From positions 1 through 64,000 of IMG/VR virus record IMGVR_UViG_3300028792_000003: DNA of 64,000 nucleotides; one strand, written 5' to 3'. The translations under genes and the position numbers were made by a program. This document shows, piece by piece, positions 48,243 through 56,539 of this stretch (its first letter is position 1; each line of letters starts with the position of its first letter). The notes under the pieces were generated by a model. It did no database searches and was not told the DNA's origin. It saw only the letters and a list, made by a program, of their open reading frames with translations. The stretch is from a virus. Taxonomy: Duplodnaviria; Caudoviricetes.

Positions 48243-49734
48243 TGGGACCAAGGGCAAGAAGAAGGACAGCGATCCTCAGTTCGCCATCATCAAGACCGAA
48301 CTCGTTCCGTTGGCAGACCTGCGGATGTACTACAAGAACCCCCGTGTCGGTAATGTCAACGAGGTGGCCAAGAGCCTGCACGTGAACAGCCAGTTCAAGC
48401 CGGTAGTTGTGAACGTTGGTACGCACACCGGGCGGGACAACGAGATCCTGGCTGGCAACCACACGTTCAAGGCCGCTGGCAAGGAACTCCAGTGGGTCGA
48501 GGACGGCGAGACCTACGAGAAGCCCACCTGGACGCATATCTGGGCGTCGTTCGTAGACGTGGACGAGGACGCTGCCAAGCGCATCGTGCTCGCTGACAAC
48601 GCGACTGCCGACAAGGGCGAGTACGACGAGAAGTTGCGAGCGGAACTCCTGCTGGACCTCCCGAACGTCAGTGGTACCGGCTACACCCTGGACGAGTTCG
48701 AGGACATCAAGGCCGACTTCGGTGACTTCGGTGACGACATCGACTTGTCCGAGGACGGCGAAGACCTCGAATCCATGATGGACGACGAGGACTACGAGGA
48801 GCAGCCCAAGGGAAAGCGGTTCGCGGACACCGAACTTGGCGACGAGATCGACGCCGAGGAGGACGAGTCTCCGATCAGCAACCGCGAGCGGCTGAAGATC
48901 AAGGAAGAGACCGGCATCGACATCGCCAAGCAGTCGGAGGAACTCGGTGGTGTCCTCCAGTTGGACGACTCGCCGTTCTTCGACTACGTGAAGGTCGGTA
49001 CCGGCGAACTCCAGTTCCAGTTGCCCCGGTACCTTCCCGAGATGTTGGTGCAGACGTCCGACCTGCCGGAGAAGTGGTCGGCCTGGGCGGGTAGCGCCAC
49101 CCGGGACAAGCCGGAGAACGAAGACCCCGATCACTGGTGGCTCTACAACTACGGGGTGGACAGCACTTCCGGCATGGAGCACGTCGCCAACTCGTTCGTG
49201 TCCTTCTTCACCTTTGACGAGTACTTCGAGCGGTGGTGGGACGCTCCATCCAAGTACGTCGCCAAGTTGATCAATAGCAAGGTCAAGTACGCGGTCACGC
49301 CTGACTTCTCGTCGGTCAGCGAAATGGGCAACACGTTCTGCCTGTGGCAGATCTACCGGCAGATGTACCTGGGCCGGTACTTCCAGGAGGCGGGCATCAA
49401 GTTGCTGCCGCACGTGATCTGGCCGGATGGCGACATGGAGTTCCTGGAGAACATCACCCTGGCTGCCCTGCCGGACGAGGTTCCGGTGCTGATGCTCCAG
49501 TTGCAGACCATTGACGAGAAGAACGTCGCGGGTGGCATCCAGCACTTCAAGGACCAGGTGCAGAAGATCATCAAGACGGTCAACCCCGAGACGCTCGTCG
49601 TCTACGCGGGCAAGCCGGGGCTGGAGTTCGTCCAGTCGCTCAACCTGCATGGCAGCGACCTGCGGTGGCTGAACACCCGGCAGGCCGCACTGTCGGAGTC
49701 CATGAAGGGCCGCACCAAGAAGACCGGCCTCTGA
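48226..49734 (+). CDS. ParB/Srx-like N-domain fused to a DUF4417-like domain
   Basis: 'KNPR....VAKSL...F.P.VV...ILAGNH' and 'LADN' (ParB); 'FF..D..FER.W', 'TPDFS', 'WQIYR...Y.Q..GI' (DUF4417). Confidence 0.7.
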   Translation: MPTKASGTKGKKKDSDPQFAIIKTELVPLADLRMYYKNPRVGNVNEVAKSLHVNSQFKPVVVNVGTHTGRDNEILAGNHTFKAAGKELQWVEDGETYEKPTWTHIWASFVDVDEDAAKRIVLADNATADKGEYDEKLRAELLLDLPNVSGTGYTLDEFEDIKADFGDFGDDIDLSEDGEDLESMMDDEDYEEQPKGKRFADTELGDEIDAEEDESPISNRERLKIKEETGIDIAKQSEELGGVLQLDDSPFFDYVKVGTGELQFQLPRYLPEMLVQTSDLPEKWSAWAGSATRDKPENEDPDHWWLYNYGVDSTSGMEHVANSFVSFFTFDEYFERWWDAPSKYVAKLINSKVKYAVTPDFSSVSEMGNTFCLWQIYRQMYLGRYFQEAGIKLLPHVIWPDGDMEFLENITLAALPDEVPVLMLQLQTIDEKNVAGGIQHFKDQVQKIIKTVNPETLVVYAGKPGLEFVQSLNLHGSDLRWLNTRQAALSESMKGRTKKTGL

Positions 49735-49772
49735 TCAACAACACCATCCGCCAGTGGAAGGCAACTAACAAC

Positions 49773-50663
49773 ATGACGACGTTCAACAACATCGAAGAGT
49801 CACCCACCGGGAAGATCGGGCGGAAGAAGTCCGATGTCACCATCCTGGGGGTTCCGTTCGACCTCGCCAGTACCAACCACTCCGGTCAGCGAAATGCGCC
49901 GTACCGGATTAGGGATGCCGGGTTCTGGGACGAGGGCATGTACACCACCCAGCACGGCGTTGACCCGTTGCAGGCCCTGGAGGTGGTGGACGCCGGGGAC
50001 GTGGAGATCATCCCCGGAGACACTCTGGGCGGCTGGCAGGCCATCCAGGACGCCGCTGCGCAGATCTACGCCAACACCCGGTGCCTGATCAGTATCGGAG
50101 GGGACCACTCGATCACGGCGAAACTGCTGGCGGGCATCGTGTCCATCGAGCGTGACCCCGTGACGGTGTTCCACTTCGACGCGCACTGGGACTACTGGCA
50201 GCACGACGCCGGGGTGGAGATGAACCACGGCACCTGGGTCCGCTACGTCATCGACAACGGGCTGGCCAACCGGGTGGTCCAGTTCGGGGTACGAGGCTGG
50301 GGCGTCCCCAAGACCGATGCCGCGTGGGCCGTGAAGAACGACATCACCACGTACCACGCTTCCAGCCGGTGGATGGACAGCCTGGTCGCGGAGATCAAGG
50401 ACACCAGCGACCCGATCTACCTGTCCATCGACGTGGACGTGCTGGACCCGGCGTTCGCTCCGGGGGTCGCCTATCAGGAGCCGGGCGGTTGGACCACCAG
50501 AGAACTCTTCGGTGCGATCAAGGCCGTCGCAGGTTCGGGGAAGATGATCGGTGCCGACGTGGTGGAGGTGATCCCCGACCGCGATCCCACCGGGCAGACG
50601 GTGAAGGTGGCCAACAGATGCGTTGCTCAGTTGCTCACCAGCATCGCCGCTACCCGGAAGTGA
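49773..50663 (+). CDS. speB: Agmatinase-like ureohydrolase
   Basis: 'GVPFD', 'DAGD', 'GGDHS', 'FDAHWD', 'HGT', 'SIDVDVLDPAFAPG', 'DVVEV.P'; all metal ligands present. Confidence 0.85.
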   Translation: MTTFNNIEESPTGKIGRKKSDVTILGVPFDLASTNHSGQRNAPYRIRDAGFWDEGMYTTQHGVDPLQALEVVDAGDVEIIPGDTLGGWQAIQDAAAQIYANTRCLISIGGDHSITAKLLAGIVSIERDPVTVFHFDAHWDYWQHDAGVEMNHGTWVRYVIDNGLANRVVQFGVRGWGVPKTDAAWAVKNDITTYHASSRWMDSLVAEIKDTSDPIYLSIDVDVLDPAFAPGVAYQEPGGWTTRELFGAIKAVAGSGKMIGADVVEVIPDRDPTGQTVKVANRCVAQLLTSIAATRK

Positions 50664-50795
50664 CCGGGAAGTCAACGCACTGATTCAACGTGTCGTGGAA
50701 GACGCGTGTCGGGTTCCTTGTACGGTGGTGCGCCACAGGAGAAACTTGCACCAGTTGTTACGGCGAACCCCGTCGTACCCCGAAAGGAGAAAGTC

Positions 50796-51131
50796 GTGAT
50801 CGAGGACTTCATGCTCGACACCGACGACGACGCGCTCGTCGTTTCCGGCGCTGCCACTCGTGGTGGCGGTGGTGGTGGTTCCGCCAAGAAGGCTGCCAAG
50901 CGTGGTGGCGGTACTCGTGCCCGCAAGGCCGCGAAGAAGACCACGGCCCGTCGTGGTGGCTCCACTGCCAAGAAGACGGCCAAGAAGGCTGCCAAGAAGG
51001 TCGGTCGCGCTCCGGCTCGTCCCGCCAAGAAGGCCGCGAAGAAGGTCGGTCGTCCCGTCAAGCGGACCGCCGCCAAGAAGGTCGCCAAGAAGGCCGTGAA
51101 GAAGACCGCTCGCCCCCGCAAGCGGGCTTGA
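50796..51131 (+). CDS. Histone/protamine-like basic protein with a short acidic leader
   Basis: GAAAGGAG SD and GTG start; 'MIEDFMLDTDDDALVVSGAATRGGGGGG' followed by AKK repeats. Confidence 0.8.
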   Translation: MIEDFMLDTDDDALVVSGAATRGGGGGGSAKKAAKRGGGTRARKAAKKTTARRGGSTAKKTAKKAAKKVGRAPARPAKKAAKKVGRPVKRTAAKKVAKKAVKKTARPRKRA

Positions 51132-51164
51132 TCCACCGGCACCATCGCAATACCGCACCCACGA

Positions 51165-51204
51165 GAAGGGCGCTCTGGCCTAGCAACAGCCGGAGCGCCC
51201 TTCC
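51165..51204 (+). terminator. Terminator-like hairpin
   Basis: GAAGGGCGCTC...GAGCGCCCTTC followed by CTCTTT. Confidence 0.55.
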
Positions 51205-51233
51205 TCTTTCCCTAGTGAAGAAAGACGAACAAC

Positions 51234-51638
51234 ATGACCAACATCAGACACGAGGAAGCGCTGGACGCCATGTTCGTGCTTCCGCCTGAACTACTGGAGC
51301 AGTTCGGGCCGGACGACACCCACGAGCGCTGTGCCGTTCTGCTGGGCCACCGGGACCGGGGCAAGTTCGTGATCACCGACGTTGTGGAGGTCGCCAACGA
51401 CGCGACGGACACCACGTCCACGTTCGCCATCAAGGCGGGCTCGATCAAGCGTGCGGTGCGCAAGGGCCGGGGGGTCTTCCTCGGCGTGCTGCACACACAC
51501 TGGGAATCGACCACCTACCCGTCGATCAACGACGTGCAGAACATCCCGCGTGGCTGGATCGGCTGCGTGCTCCACACCAAGACAAGAACAATCACTTACT
51601 ACACCCGCTCTGGGTACGTGACGGAGGTTCACCCCTGA
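51234..51638 (+). CDS. JAB/MPN+ (JAMM) metalloprotease
   Basis: 'ERCAVLLG' and 'HTH.......S..D' (HTHWESTTYPSIND) JAMM motif. Confidence 0.85.
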   Translation: MTNIRHEEALDAMFVLPPELLEQFGPDDTHERCAVLLGHRDRGKFVITDVVEVANDATDTTSTFAIKAGSIKRAVRKGRGVFLGVLHTHWESTTYPSINDVQNIPRGWIGCVLHTKTRTITYYTRSGYVTEVHP

Positions 51639-52552
51639 TGCAGAAGACCGAGTACAAGAACGGTGAGGACTGGGTTAAGTTCAGCGTCCCCGACGAGGAC
51701 GGGGAGCCAGAGCAGTGGATGGTCCAGTCCAACTTCCTGCTGTCGAACTGGACGTGCATCTACGGACAGGGGTGCCCGGGTCTGACTCCCGCAAACGAGA
51801 ACCGCTACTTCGATGACATCGGCTGTTGCAAGTTGGGGTTCTGGTTCACCGACATCGAGGACTACGAGAAGGTCGAGAAGCAGATCAAGAACCTGTCCAA
51901 AGAGGACTGGGACGACGAACTGCGTCAGTACGTTGACAAGAACGGCTGGGCGAACATCTACAGCATCGACCGGGACAACGACGAGATCAACGGCAAGTCG
52001 AAGGTCACCGACTTCGGGTGTGTGTTCGCCAACCGCAACACGGGCAGCGTCGGATCGACCGGCAAGACCGGATGCGCGTTCCACCACCTCGCCGCCAGGA
52101 CCGGCCAGGACCACGTGGACGTGATGCCCCAGGTCTGCTGGCAGTTGCCCATCAAGTACGAGTTCGATGACGACAACGACCGGCACGTCATTCAGCCCTG
52201 GACCGTGGACCAGTGGGGCGGGGAGGACGAGGAAGGCTCACACGACCACATCATGTGCTGGTGGTGCACAGAGACGCCCGACGCCTACGTGGGCAGCAAG
52301 CCTGTGCTGGCAGCCATGGAGCACGAACTCCGGGAGATCATGGGCGACACGGCGTACGACGAGATGGTCCGGGTGCTGAACGCCCGACCCAAGCCCGCAC
52401 CGATGCCGGGGTCCGTCACCAACGACGGCAGGCCGATGATCCCGCTGCTGATCGGCAACCGGGAACCGTACAAGGCACCATCGGCAACCAGCACTCCCGC
52501 AGTGATGAAGAAGATGAAGGAGACCGGCAATGTCGTCGTCCCAGGTTCCTAG
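51638..52552 (+). CDS. Cys-rich DUF3109/YkgJ-like putative Fe-S or Zn protein
   Basis: 'C....C', 'GCC', 'CVF', 'GCAFH', 'P.VCWQLP', 'CWWC'; TGATG-coupled to the JAB gene. Confidence 0.65.
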   Translation: MQKTEYKNGEDWVKFSVPDEDGEPEQWMVQSNFLLSNWTCIYGQGCPGLTPANENRYFDDIGCCKLGFWFTDIEDYEKVEKQIKNLSKEDWDDELRQYVDKNGWANIYSIDRDNDEINGKSKVTDFGCVFANRNTGSVGSTGKTGCAFHHLAARTGQDHVDVMPQVCWQLPIKYEFDDDNDRHVIQPWTVDQWGGEDEEGSHDHIMCWWCTETPDAYVGSKPVLAAMEHELREIMGDTAYDEMVRVLNARPKPAPMPGSVTNDGRPMIPLLIGNREPYKAPSATSTPAVMKKMKETGNVVVPGS

Positions 52553-52735
52553 TCCCGCAGACGATGCCGCCAAGAAGCGGATGGCGGCACTGACACTCGC
52601 GGTGCTGCACCACGCATCGTCCAACCTGGCAGAAAGGGCTGTCCCTCCGGGGTGGCAGACCGTCGTGGACACCGCCGACGGGTTCCTGGACTACATCAAC
52701 ACCGGCAACAAGCCGCAGCAGACAAGAGGAAGGCG

Positions 52736-53200
52736 ATGATCATCACCATGGCCGAGCAGCACTGGCACGACCACGAGACGGAGCACACCACCCTCTACGG
52801 CCAGTTGGTCTGTCCTACCAACTGTCATTACGCCGGAAAGGACAGATTGTGGGAGACGGACATTGACGAACTGAAGGAGTGCGTCGCTGCTGCCCGTCAT
52901 CTTCGTCCGACCAAGCACACAAGAAGTCAGTGCTTGACGGCAAGGTTCGACCCACGTCCGGCGGAAGAGCAGCAACCTGACCTGGTTAACCACCCGCCGC
53001 ACTACACCGGGAACGCCAACGGGGTCGAGTGCATCGACGTCGTGGAAGACCTGGGGTTCTGCATCGGCAACGCGATCAAGTACCTGTGGCGTGCCGACGA
53101 GAAGGACAACGCGCTCCAGGATCTACAGAAGGCGCGCTGGTACATCGACCGGGAGATCAACCGCCGCGAACGCCGCCAGTCTGGCGATAGCGGCAAGTAG
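52736..53200 (+). CDS. DUF3310 (SaV-like) protein
   Basis: 'VNHP.HY...ECID...FC.GNAIKYLWRA..K...DL.KA.WY'. Confidence 0.8.
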   Translation: MIITMAEQHWHDHETEHTTLYGQLVCPTNCHYAGKDRLWETDIDELKECVAAARHLRPTKHTRSQCLTARFDPRPAEEQQPDLVNHPPHYTGNANGVECIDVVEDLGFCIGNAIKYLWRADEKDNALQDLQKARWYIDREINRRERRQSGDSGK

Positions 53201-53260
53201 ACCAGCATCACTCAATAACAACCAATCATTCAACAACAACCAGTGGGGAGCCTTATCCAA

Positions 53261-53710
53261 ATGACTAGCACGAGCCTGATCGACACCAAGAGCCCGAACA
53301 AGACCGCCTGCGTGGACAACGGCAAGCACAAGTGGCAGGTCGCTCGCATCCGGGGCACCAAGGTCCGCCACCAGTGCGCCAAGTGCCTGCACATGGACAG
53401 GTGGGTCCAGACGGCCAACTCCGGCAAGGTCACCGTCCAGAAGAACAGCAAGCCGCAGCCCGTGAACGCCACCAAGCAGAACTCCTTCACGGACGAGCCG
53501 GGGAAGGTCACCAAGTTGACCGGTTCCAACTCGGTGCACGAGCACCTCGGTGACAGCACGTCGCAGATCTTCAAGGACTACGCCGCCACGTTGACCGTCA
53601 CGGAGTTGCGCGAGAAGGCCAAGAAGCACGGCCTGACCGGCTACTCGAAGATGAAGAAGGACGACCTGATCACGGCCCTCACCACGGCGCAGCCCGTGCA
53701 GACGGCCTAG
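53261..53710 (+). CDS. Zn-ribbon + Rho-N-terminal-like domain protein
   Basis: 'TVTELREKAKKHGLTGYSKMKKDDLITAL'. Confidence 0.65.
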   Translation: MTSTSLIDTKSPNKTACVDNGKHKWQVARIRGTKVRHQCAKCLHMDRWVQTANSGKVTVQKNSKPQPVNATKQNSFTDEPGKVTKLTGSNSVHEHLGDSTSQIFKDYAATLTVTELREKAKKHGLTGYSKMKKDDLITALTTAQPVQTA

Positions 53711-53857
53711 TCCGGCAGACCACCGCTTCTTAGAGGCGAGCCTTCTAAGGGCCTTCAGGGCGGCTCGACGGGTGTCCCGGGGTGATTCCACGTCCCGAAC
53801 CCTGTTGGGCCGTCCTGGGGCCGTTTCCGGGGGTTACAAGAACGGAGTAGGACCAGC

Positions 53858-55034
53858 ATGGGATACGACCAGCGCCTACGGGCGCAGCAGAAGCAGTTCC
53901 AGAAGCGATACGACGAGGTTGTCATCAAGAACGAGCAGGTCATCAACGCGCTCAGGCTGATGGGCATCGTCAATGCCGGGTACGAGGTCACACTCGAACT
54001 GGCCGTTGCACTGCTCGCACAGGGCAAGCACGACGAGGCGGCACAGATCTGCACCGAGTCATTGGCGACCTGGCAGAAGTTCCTGTCCGGTCACGACACC
54101 GAGGTCAAGGAGGCAATGCAGTGAGCAAGAGCATCATCGAATCCGGCACTCTCGGGACGTACGTGTCCCAGCCCATCGAAGTCGAGGCAGTGCAGTGGAC
54201 CGGGGAGAACGCCGGGGAGATGACCCAGTTCTTCAAGAACCGGCAGCCGGAGAACCAGCGCAACTGGATCAGGCGTCAGGCTGCATCGAAGGGCCTGTGG
54301 GAGCACATCGCTGGCAACGCGGACTGGAAGGACGACAAGGCATACACGGCGGCGGTGTTCGACTACATCCACGACACCTGGGTCGGAGTGAAGACGAACC
54401 AGTTCATCATCTACGGCACCAAGCAGGAGTTCTACCCCTGTGACAGTGACGTCTTCACGACCAAGTACCGGTCCCGGGCAGAGGCAGCCAGCAGTGACGC
54501 TGTTCAGGCGGAGCCGCAGGTAGAGCCGGAGCCGACTGAGCCTGAGCCCAGGCCGGAGCCTGACCCCAACGTCAGTACGGACCCGAACCTGTTCGCACAC
54601 ATCGTCGGCAGCAGGCTGGCCGACTTCTTCACCGAGGAACTCGGGGTTCTGTTCGGGGTGGCCATGGACAACGCTGCTCGGGCAGCCGTCGATGCGGTCA
54701 ACAAGGCCGAGTGGGAAGAGACCAGTTCCGACGACCAGGACGTCACCGACGTGATCCGGGAAGCGCTGGACGACGCCACCGAGGAAGCGTCCCAGTCGGC
54801 CTTGGTCAAGCAGGCTGGCAAGGCGGGCAAGGTCACGGACTGATGCAGTACCTGTGCTGCCCGAACTACGGGTGGAAGCGGGTCACTCGCCGGGAGTTCT
54901 CGGACGGCACCGGCTACGCCTGCGACCACTGTTCATGGTCCGCGTACATCGAGGAAGAGGGCGACCAGCCTGATCTGCGCAGGCTTCAGGACTGCAACCC
55001 TCTGCGCAGCATCCAGTTCAAGTACCGGCAGTAG
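53858..55034 (+). other. Hypothetical genes (53858-54124, 54121-54843, 54843-55034)
   Basis: Coupled ORFs; 54121 has the common phage motif 'VEAVQWTGEN...EFYPC..DVF...Y'. Confidence 0.6.
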
Positions 55035-55040
55035 ACACGA

Positions 55041-55092
55041 GAAAGCCCCGGCCTTCGCCTAGTGCGTGATCTAGGTGACGGTCGGGGCTTTC
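55041..55092 (+). terminator. Terminator-like hairpin
   Basis: GAAAGCCCCGGCC...GGTCGGGGCTTTC. Confidence 0.6.
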
Positions 55093-55099
55093 CAGCAGT

Positions 55100-55460
55100 G
55101 GAAGCCAACGCCCTGGGCAAGAGCATTGTGTATGTCGGATCGGTTGGTGACCCGCGAACTACCGGGAAGGAATACGCCCCACTAGTTAGTTCCGGTCACC
55201 ACTGGGGTTCCAACCCAGCGTTTGGTGATACCGACATGCCCCAAGAGTGGCAGTTCCAAACCACGGAAGTCAACAAGATTGCGGCACTCAGTGCGACGAA
55301 TGTCTGAACCAGCGTAATCACAGGCTTTTGTTTACCGAGGTCAGGGGCTGTTTTGCTGATTCACCCTGCCGAAGAAAAACATGAGCAGAGAGGGACGGAA
55401 ATCACATCATGCGTGGAACGAGGGCACCACAGAACGGTAACAACCTGGCAGAGCAAACGA
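55100..55460 (+). ncRNA. Candidate structured RNA (about 360 nt)
   Basis: Nested helices and lower GC; no convincing ORF. Confidence 0.35.
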
Positions 55461-56404
55461 ATCCGGAGGCCCCGTGAACCGGCTGCTGCGGCTGATGGCC
55501 AGCCTGCGGTGCGGGGCGTTCGGCCACCTGGAGATCACCGTCATAGATGAAGTCCTGCCAGTGCACGGGAGAGGCTGGCAGGTCATCACCCAGCACCATG
55601 CAGCCTGCCGCCGCTGCCTGCGCACACTGAACCACCCAAAGAGCAACACACCATTCTTCTAACTGATACCGGGGGTATCGAGCATGAGCACCGACCCGAA
55701 CGCCACCACTAGCACTGCGGCCAACCCGCACTACTACCGGCGCAACGGCCTGAACTGGGACGCGATCCGCGAGGACTACAACAAGCGCGCCACTCCGCTG
55801 GAGCGCGGTCTGGTGGACGGCGTGGAGGTTCCCGTCCAGGAGCGCAGGACGCTACGGAAGAAGACGGCTGCGTCTGCTGTTCCGTCCCAGCGCAAGACGA
55901 TCCGCAAGAAGACAGAGCAGAAGACGAAGATGACCCGCGACGACAAGGGCGACCTGAAGGTGTCCCGGAAGTAAACTCAGATCACGCGGGGCCGGGCAGG
56001 AAACCCATCATCGGGGCATGCTGTCCTGCTCGGTCCCGCGCACCAAGACCAACAGCCAGGCGAATCAACAAGAAAGGAAGTGCAACATGGCTCGTATCAA
56101 GATCACCGGCTACATCGACACCGACGAACTGGAGCAGGACGAGGTAGACACCAGCCACGAGATGGGCCTGAGCGTCGAGGGCTACGAGGCTGCTGTCGGT
56201 ATCGACGGTGGTGGTGGCTGGTCGTTCACACGCATGAACGACGTCGAGTTCGTGCTGGAGAAGTAGCACCCAAGGACTCCGCTCCCCATCGGGCGGGCCG
56301 GATGCTTCTGCCTGTAGGTCAGGAGCAGTCCGGAAGATAAACAGTGGTCCGACCACATTCACGGTGGGTGAGGAAGGTGGGCACTGCGGCGTCCATCTTC
56401 CAAC

Positions 56405-56486
56405 GCGGGCATGGCGGAACAGGCATACGCACCGTCCTCAAAAGACGGCACCGCAAGGTATACGGGTTCGACTCCCGTTGCCCGCA
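56405..56486 (+). tRNA. tRNA-Leu(CAA)
   Basis: Acceptor GCGGGCA/TGCCCGC; anticodon arm CCGTC-CTCAAAA-GACGG; long variable arm; T-loop TTCGACT; discriminator A; CCA not encoded. Confidence 0.93.
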
Positions 56487-56539
56487 CTGCAACAAAACAA
56501 CCAACATCAGTATCAACAACAACATCTGGAGGTACCGTC

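Noticed and set aside
55325-55370. Resemblance to SRP 4.5S RNA (TGTTTACC..GGTCAGG) or to a tmRNA 5' end (GGGGCTG)
   Set aside because: Lacks the SRP GGAA/AGCAG loop, and no tmRNA 3' T-arm/acceptor end was found.
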